A stretch of 61,366 nucleotides of DNA, counting the filler. It is 8 parts of 8 records of this genome, joined end to end, with 100 filler letters (N's around TTAATTAATTAA, not from the genome) between each part and the next. Parts side by side here need not be neighbours in the genome. Positions count along the whole stretch, not along the records: positions 42,825 to 48,703 come from SRR31147125_8142; positions 48,804 to 61,366 come from SRR31147125_8151; 6 more parts are not named here. One strand, written 5' to 3'. The translations under genes and the position numbers were made by a program. The notes under the pieces were generated by a model. It was not told where the DNA came from. It saw only the letters and a program-made list of their open reading frames with translations, and did no database searches. Shown here piece by piece: positions 42,931 through 52,472 of the stretch; position 1 is the first letter of the stretch, and each line of letters starts with the position of its first letter.

Positions 42931-45044
42931 TTAATATTCGACTAAAATAATATCAAACGAATTTAATTTAGGAAGATCAATTTGAAGTGTTTTCCCCTTT
43001 GTTTTAAAAGGAATTGATTTACCTGTTTGCAGACTTTTTACCGATTTAACAGTAGTATTCTGTTTACATTCAAAACTAAGGTTTCTAATGGGTATCGGTT
43101 TATTAAATCCATTTCCTAACTGGCCCGAATGATTTAATAATCCGTACCATTCGAAATTATTTTGCGAATCTACTTGCCGTGTTATTTCCACCAAAGGCGA
43201 AATGTCGGTTTGAATTTCAGGTTGATAATTAAGCAAATTTTTGATAGTGCTCATCACTATAGCAGCATGTCCGTAATGTCGTTTATGATGATATAACGAA
43301 CCTATTTTGAAAGTAAAAAAGGCTGTTTTTCCTTCTCCGAAATTATTGGCTATTAATCCCGGTATTTCTGTTACTTCGGTATAATACGTTTTTTCCGGAG
43401 GGCCAATCATTGCCGGTGGAATAAAGCCCAATAAACTTGTTGCTTCCGGTTTTGGTTGGCACAATAATCCGCGTTCCCAGGCATAAACAATATCAATTCC
43501 ATTAAAAACATTGTCTTTTAGCACTTGCTTATCTTTTTCGAAAATACGGTAATAAGTGCCTTGTTCTTTTTCGAATATTTTGTACTCTGACTGCACTCCC
43601 AACGAATTCAAACGTATTTTTTTCAATGGATTTCCTATTTCATCTTTTGTTGACGTAAAACCGGTAGCTAATAGTTTTCCTCCGTTTTTAACGTAGTTAT
43701 CAAGCAGTTTTACTTGTTCGTTGCTAAGTTTGTAAACATCTGGAAGTATAACCAGTTCGTAAGAATCTATTTCACGTGGAATGTCTTTGGTATTTATGCA
43801 CCAGTGTTCCATCACATCAAAAAGAATATGATTTTCAGTTAGCATTTCGAAAATACCATTGTATTCCTGTCCCGATTGCCTGTCGTGAAGCAGCAATACT
43901 TTATTGTTACTTTTGGTGTGATGCAGATATTTTTCGTTGCTTTTATGAAATTGAAAAACAGATTTTACATTTTCTAAAACCGTGCGGTCTTAAGGTTATC
44001 TAAACGACCAATGCAGTAAAAATCAAGACCTGCGCCGTTAATCATATTCTGAACTATACGGCGTTCTGTCAAAGCCATTGCGTCTGCCGAATGACGCGCC
44101 GGATACCCGTAAAAATGCACTGCCGCATTACTAACTTGCTTGTTTTTCCACGAGCCCAAAGCACTTTTCACATTGTGTGCCGATTGATATTCCCAGGGAA
44201 CAAAATTGTTGTACAGCGCCGCATGCGAGTTCGATTCGCGACGATAAAAATCGGTTCCGGCATGTGTATAAGTTGAAATGGCAATGTGGTTTCCGAATGA
44301 TTTAATTAAATCGTGAATACGATGAAATAACTCGTTTGATGTTTCGCTTTTAAATTTCTGATATTGCCTGAAAATAGGGTCGTTATTGTCTTCTTTTGTT
44401 GGTAATTCCAATCCTCCCGACCACTTTTTGAAACGTTCGCCACATGCATCGGCCTGGCAAATTCCATGGTAATTGTGGCTGTAATCGCGGGTTTGGTAAC
44501 CAATCATATTAAAAAAAACACCATCGAGCGGAAATTTAGTTAAGGCTTCGTCCAATATTTTCAGCGAATATTCCTGCTGGTAACCTCCATTTACACAAGT
44601 GTGTACCTGTCCGTTGTAATTTACAGTTTTGCCTTTCAGGTTTTTATACAGCCACTCAGGCTTTTTATATGCCAGTTGTTCGTTTAATTTGCTGAAATCG
44701 AAGCGGCCAATCACACGAATATCTTCATTGTGCAGGCGGCCAATTACTTCGTTTATTACGTCGAATTTCAGGTTTGGGTTTTGGTACTGAAATTCTAAAT
44801 CGGTGTAGTAATTGGCAACAATTCCACCAACATTTATCAGCACAGTATTCGCACCAATATCTTTTAAAGATTGAATGTAAATGTCCACATCAAAATCGGT
44901 AGCATCAATTTCGCGAAGGTTGGTTTGAATGATACGAAAAGGTTCATCGAGCCACCATTCTTCTTTGGGTTGTACCTGGGCAATGGAGGTAATTGCCAAC
45001 AGAATTATGATGAAAGAGCTGATTATTTTTTTTGATTTATTCAT
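42931..45044 (-). CDS. secreted GHL6-like glycoside hydrolase with GH42-type trimerization (GATase-like) domain, frameshifted near 43990
   Basis: Signal peptide from ATG 45044; RIIQTNLRE, RFDFSK, DGVFFNM; the second half has L..YV.NGGKL.ATG; restoring one base (CTT[G]AA) joins the ORFs. Confidence 0.75.
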
Positions 45045-45072
45045 GATTAAGGTTTTTGTTAGTCGTTTTTTT

Positions 45073-45133
45073 GGCCCCACCCGCTCTCCCAAAAGGGGAG
45101 GAGAAAGTCCCCCTTGGGGGGATTTAGGGGGTC
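45073..45133. repeat. GC-rich REP-like intergenic palindromic element
   Basis: CCCC..CTCCCAAAAGGGGAG..TCCCCCTTGGGGGGA..GGGGG nested inverted repeats in AT-rich DNA. Confidence 0.65.
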
Positions 45134-45160
45134 AATGTTGTGATGAGTATTTGCAAGGTT

Positions 45161-47305
45161 TTATTCTTCTTTTGCAATTTTAATATCATCGGCAACCCAG
45201 TCGGTAATTTTAATCCAATCAACATGTCCTACGCGGTTTGTCCAAAGTGGATTAATGTTTTGCTGCATCGATGTTTCTGTATATTTTTTCCAGGCTTCAA
45301 GCGCTTTTTCAAGCTCAGCAATTGCAGCATCATGGTATTTTTTATCTTTTGTATTGCGGTACAAAGCCACTTGTGTTGAACCGGCAATTTTATACGCATA
45401 ATATTTTCCCAAAAGTGCCATCGTTTTTATGTCGTGTAAAGTAACTTTCAGCTCTTTATTTTCGCCTGCATTCATCGACGACACAATTTCCAGAGCTTTA
45501 TCGGCATGAGTATGTAGTTTTTCCGATACTTCAAGAGGTGATTTTAGCTCGGCAACTTTACCTTTTTCAACAAAATTGGGAATAGACTGAAAGCCTGATT
45601 TTAAATGTGGAGGAAGATTTATAAAGCGATTTACATCGTGAAATCCGGTTTTATTTTGTGCGTATCCGGGGCGGCTTTTGCAACCTTCAATGTACCATTG
45701 AAAATCGAGCGATCCCCAGTGGAAACCTGTTGTGGTCGGGTAAATCATCGATGCTTCCTGCCAGGCCGTGAAAAGTTGTTGTGCATCAATTTCGGGAAAA
45801 TGGCTTTTTAGTATTTGTACAAAACGCTCGTTACCAAGTTTAGGATTGTAACCCAGTCGTCCCCACATCATAAAATGGTACCAGTGTTTTACAATTTCAA
45901 TTTGGCGTGGCGATTCTGCAAGTTCATCTTTCATGGTAAATTCGCGTCCCCAAATCCACTGGTCCGAGCCGTAATAAAATCCACGTGAAACATTGTGAGG
46001 AATGTTTTGAATAAACTCGCGTACAAAATCAGGTGCTCCCCAACGGTAATAATAATCATCGTCGTTTCGCAGTGTCCAAATGGTTTTCATTCCTTCAATA
46101 TCTTTCACAAAACCTTCGTGGTATGGTTGTTTTGTAGCACTCATAACATGTGCTTTTGCGTATTTGAAGCTAAAAATAAATTCTATATTTTCTTTATCGA
46201 TAAGTGGCTGAAATTTGCGGGCAATGTCTTGTGCTCCGGTTTGGTGCTGGCGGTGAACAAAAGTGAATTTACGGTTGGGCATTTCTTCGGCAGCATCCAT
46301 AACTCCCTTTGCATAAGTTTCAAAAGCCCAGTCTTCTTTTTCTTCAAATCCGGCTCCGTGCATATTTTCGCCTGTTGTAAGTCCAATTCCTGCCAAATCG
46401 GGATAGGTAACAAACATTTGCTTTACGCTTTTTCTGAAATAATCGCGCGTAATTTCATTGTCAATTTTATCGGTAATTCCATATTTTCCGTCGGTTCCAT
46501 TCACAAAAATATTCCAGGTAATAAAGTAGAAATCAACGTTACGGCTTTTTCCGTACGTCATTACTTTTTTCCAGAAATTAATCTTTTCTTCAATTGAAAT
46601 TTCTTTAACAATTTCAGGATTTGCCAATATTTCCGGAGCATCGAAGCCAACACCGTTTCCGTTGTAAAACTCTTTCCATTCAACGGTTGAACGATGTACA
46701 TCGGCCAGCGCCACATCTTCGTAACCGGGTACTTTTACCATCGATGGGAAAGGATGCAAACTCCACAACGAAATATAATTATAGCGGTAACGGGCCATGT
46801 TATCTATGTATTCTTTCCAAAAATCGAAAATCCACATTTCGCCAATATTTTTTTGGGCAGCGTCGCACGGGTCGGTGTAACTTGGTGTACGAACATCAAG
46901 CGGAATATTGTGTTTGGTACCGCGCAATTCCATGTGTGGTTCCTGTTTTGTGTTTTGTACTCTTTCAAGTCCAAAAATTTTAATCTGCTCGGCAAGTTCC
47001 AGTCCTCCATACAAAGCACCGGCGGCATTACTTGCCGAAATTTTAATCTGCTTGCCTTTTTCAAGGCTAAATCCTTCAGGTTTTATTCCATTTTCAGGAT
47101 TAACAATGAATACGATATCCGCATTTTCAGCATCAACTAATTCTGTTGAAATTGACTTTTCACTAAGTGCAGCCTTTATTTCTTCAACAGCAAATTCAAT
47201 TTGTGGATTGTCTTCGAAATAAATTTTTACACTTTGTTCTTTTGGTGAACACGCAAAAAGCACAAAAGTTAAAACAAGTAGTGAAGTAACAGGAAATGAT
47301 TTCAT
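45161..47305 (-). CDS. lipoprotein, putative glycoside hydrolase (GH20/GH67-like N-domain plus TIM barrel)
   Basis: LFAC lipobox; EGF.L....I.I.A....GA.YG; D.MARYRYN.ISLW. Confidence 0.65.
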   Translation of the reverse strand: MKSFPVTSLLVLTFVLFACSPKEQSVKIYFEDNPQIEFAVEEIKAALSEKSISTELVDAENADIVFIVNPENGIKPEGFSLEKGKQIKISASNAAGALYGGLELAEQIKIFGLERVQNTKQEPHMELRGTKHNIPLDVRTPSYTDPCDAAQKNIGEMWIFDFWKEYIDNMARYRYNYISLWSLHPFPSMVKVPGYEDVALADVHRSTVEWKEFYNGNGVGFDAPEILANPEIVKEISIEEKINFWKKVMTYGKSRNVDFYFITWNIFVNGTDGKYGITDKIDNEITRDYFRKSVKQMFVTYPDLAGIGLTTGENMHGAGFEEKEDWAFETYAKGVMDAAEEMPNRKFTFVHRQHQTGAQDIARKFQPLIDKENIEFIFSFKYAKAHVMSATKQPYHEGFVKDIEGMKTIWTLRNDDDYYYRWGAPDFVREFIQNIPHNVSRGFYYGSDQWIWGREFTMKDELAESPRQIEIVKHWYHFMMWGRLGYNPKLGNERFVQILKSHFPEIDAQQLFTAWQEASMIYPTTTGFHWGSLDFQWYIEGCKSRPGYAQNKTGFHDVNRFINLPPHLKSGFQSIPNFVEKGKVAELKSPLEVSEKLHTHADKALEIVSSMNAGENKELKVTLHDIKTMALLGKYYAYKIAGSTQVALYRNTKDKKYHDAAIAELEKALEAWKKYTETSMQQNINPLWTNRVGHVDWIKITDWVADDIKIAKEE

Positions 47306-47369
47306 AATGATTTAGTTTGTTTTTGTATACAATATACACCTTCGAAAATACGTAAAATTTTTCCAAATG

Positions 47370-47401
47370 AAAAGAGATAGCTTTATATAAACTACCTCTT
47401 T
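47370..47401 (-). terminator. terminator of the aldo/keto reductase gene
   Basis: Minus strand AAAGAGGTAGTTTA..TAAAGCTATCTCTTTT. Confidence 0.7.
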
Positions 47402-47422
47402 AATAAATCTGTGTTTTTGCTG

Positions 47423-48487
47423 TTATACACCTAAATCCCAACGTCTGAAGTAAAGTCCCTGTCGAACTATTGGAAGTGTTTTAAATTCTATTTCTTCCAT
47501 TTGTACTTGGGTAAGTGGTTGAAATTCAGATGCAATTTTTACATTTTCTTCAATTTGTTTAACATTGTCAACACCGATAATTGTAGTACTTACGGGTAAA
47601 CTCATATTGTAAGTTAAAGCTTCCTTTATTGAAACAGTTCCGGAAAGTGGAGTTCTGTTTCGGGCATCTTTTTGTTCTTCAAGTGGCGGAGGAGTCCAGC
47701 ACGAAAGCATCCGGCCACGGGTGGCAACTTTCATTCCAATAATGGCAATTCCCTGGCGCTGTGCTTCTGGCAGTAAATAATTTTTGAAGCTTAAATAATG
47801 TACATCTGCTGCATTTACAGCCATTAAAATCGAATCAAACGGATAACGTTTTATTGTTTCTAAAAGCACCACAGGTTCGTAGTGTCCGGTTATTCCAACA
47901 TGTCTTACCATTCCTTCCGATTTGGCTTTTTCCAGAGCTTTTATTGCACCACCTGGAGCGAAAATTTTATCCACCTGGTCCTGGGTTTTTACATTGTGAA
48001 GTTGCCAGGTATCTAAATGATCGGTTTGCAGGTTTTTTAAACTTTCTTCAAGCAAACGCATTGAACCGTCATAGGTGCGGTCGTGTGTTTTTGTTGCCAG
48101 CCACACTTCGCTTCGCCGGGATTTCATAACCCTGCCAATATTTAACTGGCTAACTCCCCTTCCGTACGAAGCTGCTGTATCAATATAATTAACTCCTAAA
48201 TCAATGGCCCGGTTAATTATTTTTTCCGACTCTTCTTCGCGGCCTTTTATTTCAATAGTTGCCTGCCCGCCAAGGCTAAAAACTCCAACTTTATAGCCGG
48301 TTTTTCCAAACGAACGGGTTGGCATTGCGCTGTATGTAACCGGATTAAACGGATTCTCGTCGTTCTTTTTTACAGGGATTGGTTTGTAAGTTTCGCCGGC
48401 AGCAAACGATTTGCCTACTGTAACCGAGGCCACTGTAGCCAGACCTGCACCAATAAAATTTCTTCTTTTAATATTTTTTTCAGCCAT
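47423..48487 (-). CDS. Tat-exported aldo/keto reductase
   Basis: KRRNFI twin-Arg signal; GVNYIDTA.SY, LATK and SL..LQTDHLD motifs. Confidence 0.9.
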   Translation of the reverse strand: MAEKNIKRRNFIGAGLATVASVTVGKSFAAGETYKPIPVKKNDENPFNPVTYSAMPTRSFGKTGYKVGVFSLGGQATIEIKGREEESEKIINRAIDLGVNYIDTAASYGRGVSQLNIGRVMKSRRSEVWLATKTHDRTYDGSMRLLEESLKNLQTDHLDTWQLHNVKTQDQVDKIFAPGGAIKALEKAKSEGMVRHVGITGHYEPVVLLETIKRYPFDSILMAVNAADVHYLSFKNYLLPEAQRQGIAIIGMKVATRGRMLSCWTPPPLEEQKDARNRTPLSGTVSIKEALTYNMSLPVSTTIIGVDNVKQIEENVKIASEFQPLTQVQMEEIEFKTLPIVRQGLYFRRWDLGV

Positions 48488-48679
48488 AATTATTAGGTTT
48501 TTTTAATTAGGTATTCTTTTAAAGAGATGTTTAATTATCAGAATACGTTTAAGCGATGAAAGTGTTTCGGCAAACGATTAAAGAATTACTAATAAGGCTG
48601 TAAAACACAGTAAAATGCACAAAATTTAATTTGATTTGTTGGGTATAAGGTTTTTGTATACTTTTGCAGCCTGAAAAAT

Positions 48680-48703
48680 GGTCCCGTAGTTCAACGGATA
48701 GAA
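48680..48703 (+). tRNA. 5' fragment of a tRNA (probably tRNA-Arg), truncated by the contig end
   Basis: GGTCCCGTAGTTCAACGGATAGAA acceptor/D-arm, preceded by a TACTTTTG -7 promoter at 48659-48666; anticodon not visible. Confidence 0.75.
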
Positions 48704-48803
48704 NNNNNNNNNNNNNNNNNNNNNNNNNNNNNNNNNNNNNNNNNNNNTTAATTAATTAANNNNNNNNNNNNNNNNNNNNNNNNNNNNNNNNNNNNNNNNN
48801 NNN
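48704..48803. other. artificial contig linker
   Basis: N-run/TTAATTAATTAA/N-run. Confidence 0.99.
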
Positions 48804-48805
48804 AA

Positions 48806-49084
48806 AAAATAAAATTGGTAATAATTACTGCCATTATAGTTTTGGTATCGGGTTTCTTAAACATAAATTATAGTAATGTAGGAAACGGTTATGATTCTTC
48901 TCTTAAGTTAGCAGATATAAAGGTTTTAGCCTCAGCCTTAGCTGAGGGAGGAGGATCTCAACTTTTATGTTATGATTCAATGTCATCGGATGGAACCGGT
49001 AATCTTACACATATAACTTATTGCGGTGATTGCAGTGCACATTTAGCCAGGAGTTGGCGCATAGAAAAGAAATGTAGTAAATAA
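48806..49084 (+). CDS. secreted precursor-like peptide 1 (NVEALA-like), 4-Cys core, start codon just off the contig
   Basis: KIKLVIITA... signal, pro-region LKLADIKVLASALAE, core GGGSQLLCY...CGDC...CSK. Confidence 0.75.
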   Translation, partial: KIKLVIITAIIVLVSGFLNINYSNVGNGYDSSLKLADIKVLASALAEGGGSQLLCYDSMSSDGTGNLTHITYCGDCSAHLARSWRIEKKCSK

Positions 49085-49105
49085 ATTATCAAGTAAGTTG
49101 ATTTT

Positions 49106-49143
49106 AATATTAGGTTAGGAAATATTTTTTCCTGCCTAATATT
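49106..49143 (+). terminator. stem-loop after precursor 1
   Basis: AATATTAGG..AGGA...TCCT.CCTAATATT. Confidence 0.6.
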
Positions 49144-49418
49144 TAGTTTTTTATCTTGTTGAGATAAAAACTATTTCTTTAAATGAACTTGTTTAAAGTT
49201 GGATTAAAAGTACATTGCCTGAACCATTGATTCTACTATGGAATTACAAAATTTGATACATGAAAGCAAGAAAATATTCTTGAAACCATTTAATGATCAA
49301 TGTATACTGATTTAACTTTTAACAACTTCATTATAATAACAAAGACGTTTTGCGAAAAATGCTTATTACTAAAACCTTAATCTCATCTATGATATTTTAA
49401 AAACTTTCAAAAATAAGA

Positions 49419-49459
49419 ATCTATTCCCTATTAAATTTGCAATTTAATAGGGAATAGAT
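49419..49459. repeat. perfect 19-bp inverted repeat with a 3-nt spacer
   Basis: ATCTATTCCCTATTAAATT-TGC-AATTTAATAGGGAATAGAT. Confidence 0.9.
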
Positions 49460-49514
49460 AAACAGATAGAACAATTTTTTTTACAAATAAGACAGATACT
49501 GCATATTTTAACAT

Positions 49515-50510
49515 ATGATTTTAAATAGAAAAATTATGATATCATTTATTAATTATAAAAACTTTAACAAGTTTTATGTTTGTTGCTTATTAGTGTTATG
49601 TATGAATTGTAGTAGTAATAATGATTCATTTGCTCCTGAGAAAATGGAATTGAAATCTGATATAAGTATATTAGAAGAAATAATTTCACCTGACTTTCTT
49701 ACACGAATTGATAATAAGTTGATTATTTCTAGTAGTCAGTCAGATACTACTTTACATGTATATTCACTACCTGATTTGAAACATTTGCATGGTACAGGAA
49801 AGAAAGGCAAAGGACCTGAAGAGATTCAACTATTTCCAATGTTTTGTGAATCATTAAATCGAGAACTTTATATTTGGGGATATAGTCCAGTTACAATTAA
49901 AAAATTTAATATAGATCAAAACGGAGAATTAAAATTCGTTGATTTAATTAAGTTACCCAATTATGAAGAGTTTAACTACATGCATATTTTAAATGACTCT
50001 CTATTTATTTACTATCTACCAGATCAACTAAAAATTGTCAAATTTGATTTAAAAAACAAAAAATATCTAGATGATATTCAAATGAAAAAAGACCCCCATA
50101 ATGAATCGTATTATTATAAAAATAGAGGTATTATCGCAGCAAATGATTCATTTTTAGTATTTAGTTATTTGTTTAAAAAACAGATTAACATTTATAGGAT
50201 AAATGATTTCAAATTACACAAAAAGATTATTGGAAATTATGAACATAGAGACCCAATTGTGGGGGATCCAAATGTTCCATTATATTATACAATAATTGTT
50301 GCAGGTGAGAATTTTTTATATGCTTTATGCAAGAATAATAACAGTAAAAATACAGTTATGGAGGTATATAATTACAATGGTTCATTTGTTAAAGAATTTA
50401 CATTTGACATTACCCCTGAATTATTTGCGGTCGACGAGGATAATAAAACGATATATGGATATGCATACAATAACAAATATGGTCAATGTTTATTGAGATA
50501 TAGATTTTGA
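49515..50510 (+). CDS. TolB-like 6-bladed beta-propeller lipoprotein (BF3164-like)
   Basis: Lipobox-like CMNC; GKKGKGPEE; V.NYNG...K......FAVDE....IY. Confidence 0.75.
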   Translation: MILNRKIMISFINYKNFNKFYVCCLLVLCMNCSSNNDSFAPEKMELKSDISILEEIISPDFLTRIDNKLIISSSQSDTTLHVYSLPDLKHLHGTGKKGKGPEEIQLFPMFCESLNRELYIWGYSPVTIKKFNIDQNGELKFVDLIKLPNYEEFNYMHILNDSLFIYYLPDQLKIVKFDLKNKKYLDDIQMKKDPHNESYYYKNRGIIAANDSFLVFSYLFKKQINIYRINDFKLHKKIIGNYEHRDPIVGDPNVPLYYTIIVAGENFLYALCKNNNSKNTVMEVYNYNGSFVKEFTFDITPELFAVDEDNKTIYGYAYNNKYGQCLLRYRF

Positions 50511-50773
50511 GACTAGATTTTTCTCAACTAGTGTTGTAATTTTTACATCCATGTAATATTGTTTTAACGCAATAAGCTTAAAATAAATTTATTAAAGTCA
50601 AAATAGCAAAAAAATATTATATTCTTATTTGAAAAAAGACACCCACAGCTATGGGAATAATCGTACTATTAATATTAAAATCTTTCAAAAGAAAAAAATC
50701 CCTATTATTAAAAATTTTTGAATATCAAATCACATCTTAATTTTTTACAAATTCACTAATTAATCTTACTGTA

Positions 50774-51367
50774 ATGATAAATAAAATTTATTTTATTGGT
50801 AAAATTGTTTTTCTAGACATTTTGTTAATTATTTTCATCTTTTCTTTTAACAGATGCACAAAGCATCAGCAAATAACTGAAGCTAAATCTATTGTAAAAG
50901 AGTGGGTAGGAAAAAAAATAAAGTTTCCAGATAATTTTTATTGTAACTTTTTAGGAAAGGATACTTCAAATTTATTGTGTGCTGATTTGATAGAGTCAGA
51001 GTTTAAAATATTATTGTATGCTGATTCAACTGGCTGTACAAATTGTAAATTGCAGTTGAGAGAATGGAACGATTTGATCAATGAAATAAATTCGATTAAA
51101 GGAAATGAACTTTCTTTTTTATTTTTCTTACAACCAAAAAACATAACAGAACTAAAGATGATACTGCAAGAGAATGATTTTCAACATCCTATTTTTATAG
51201 ACAAAAAAGGCGAAATAAATCAAATAAACAAGTTTAATAAGAAATCTGATTATCAATGTTTTTTGTTAAATAAAAATAATGAAGTATTAATGATTGGCAA
51301 CCCTGTTCATAACACGAAAATTTTGGAATTATATAAGAGAAAAGTAGGACTAATAACTACGGATTAA
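50774..51367 (+). CDS. thioredoxin-like CxxC protein (type found beside DUF1573 proteins)
   Basis: EW.GK.I.FP, KIL.Y.DSTGCTNCKL, CFLLNK.N.V..IGNP. Confidence 0.75.
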   Translation: MINKIYFIGKIVFLDILLIIFIFSFNRCTKHQQITEAKSIVKEWVGKKIKFPDNFYCNFLGKDTSNLLCADLIESEFKILLYADSTGCTNCKLQLREWNDLINEINSIKGNELSFLFFLQPKNITELKMILQENDFQHPIFIDKKGEINQINKFNKKSDYQCFLLNKNNEVLMIGNPVHNTKILELYKRKVGLITTD

Positions 51368-51620
51368 AATATCTGAAAAAGATTTTTACTTCAATTGAGC
51401 AGGCACCAAGCCCCGTACATTTGCAACGCGTGATAAAGAAACAAATGCACTATTGATATGTGATATAAAGATATCTAAGCTGGCTTGCTGCCAATCTTAT
51501 ATGAAAGATGAAAGATTTAGATCATGAAAAAAAAATATGAAAATATAACAATAATGATAAATTTGGTTCTGTTTGCATATTTGCGCGAAGGCCAGGCGTT
51601 GAAGACGCAAGCGAGGGACA

Positions 51621-51857
51621 CTTGGACAAAACACAAAAGCCGAAGAATCTTATTACTATGCCTGGAACATGATTCCCAGCCGGTTTTATCCTAAATACTT
51701 AATGGTAAAATTATATGATGAAACAGGGCAACGAAAAAAAGCTCTGGAAACGGCTAATGAACTTTTAAACAAAAAGATAAAAATACAATCCACTGCGATT
51801 GAGGAAATAAAGAATGAAATGAAAACAATAATCAAAAAGCACAAAGGCAATGTTTGA
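51621..51857 (+). pseudogene. C-terminal TPR remnant of a Bacteroidota O-antigen-ligase-family protein
   Basis: LGQNTKAEESY..A..MIPSRFYPKYL..KLY...G....A...A..LL.K..K..S...EI..EM; the membrane domain is missing upstream. Confidence 0.65.
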
Positions 51858-51886
51858 ATTTATCAAACAAGTGATTAAACAAAAGG

Positions 51887-51986
51887 AAAAAGGCAGGAAT
51901 AACCTTACAACCGTTTGCTACAAAAGTAAAGGTTACCCTGCCCAGCCCCTTTTTCAATTAAGAGAGGAGGAGAGGTGACAAAGATA
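51887..51986. ncRNA. conserved two-hairpin element, copy 1 (candidate minus-strand sRNA or cis-regulator)
   Basis: GGCAGG..TAACCTT...AAGGTTA.CCTGCC, then CCCCTTTT...GAGAGGAGG, then GTGACAAAGATA; homologous to 60785-60886. Confidence 0.6.
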
Positions 51987-52061
51987 TCTAGTTTTTTTGC
52001 TAAAACTACCTTTAGTTCAGTGGTAAATAATTCTATTTATAAACATTTTAAAATTTAAATC

Positions 52062-52385
52062 ATGAAAAAGAAAAACAAAATTTTAATCGGTTCATCTTTA
52101 ATTTTAGGAATATTCATATTCAATTTATTTGCAATGAGTAGTATCGCAGATATTGAAAAAACTAATATCAGCTTAAAACAATTGGTAACTTTAAGTACTG
52201 CGGAAGCTGAAAGTGAAACTTACAATTGCACCTCTGGTGGTATAGGGTCTTCATCGTGTTCAACTAGCGCCAGCGGAGGCGGTGGAGGGATAAATGGGGG
52301 AACCTCCTGTTCGGTGACATGTATATCAGGATATTATGCTTGTTGCAATAATTATTACAACAAATGTCAATGTCGAAAAAGTTAA
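52062..52385 (+). CDS. secreted precursor-like peptide 2 (NVEALA-like), 8-Cys Gly/Ser-rich core
   Basis: Signal peptide; ISLKQLVTLSTAEAE; CTSGGIGSSSCS...CSVTC..GYYACC.....CQC. Confidence 0.85.
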   Translation: MKKKNKILIGSSLILGIFIFNLFAMSSIADIEKTNISLKQLVTLSTAEAESETYNCTSGGIGSSSCSTSASGGGGGINGGTSCSVTCISGYYACCNNYYNKCQCRKS

Positions 52386-52413
52386 CATAAATAGTTGAGT
52401 CTATTCTTAATTA

Positions 52414-52452
52414 TTGCTATCTAAATACAAAAAAACAGTATTTAGGTAGCAA
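52414..52452 (+). terminator. stem-loop after precursor 2
   Basis: TTGCTATCTAAATAC-loop-GTATTTAGGTAGCAA, 15 bp with one G-U. Confidence 0.7.
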
Positions 52453-52472
52453 CATATAAACATATTTTCAAC

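Noticed and set aside
45045-45092. N-terminal extension MGERVGPKKRL... of the GHL6-like ORF
   Set aside because: It starts inside the REP-like palindrome; the signal peptide begins at ATG 45044
45995-47222. Several 70-200 aa ORFs overlapping the 714-aa hydrolase gene, and similar shadow ORFs throughout the window
   Set aside because: Antisense or alternate-frame shadows of well-supported genes, with no motifs or RBS
51850-51978. 42-aa ORF (MFEFIKQVIKQKEKGRNNL...) across the structured element as a leader peptide
   Set aside because: The second copy does not conserve the peptide beyond KGR, while base pairing is conserved; this favours RNA structure
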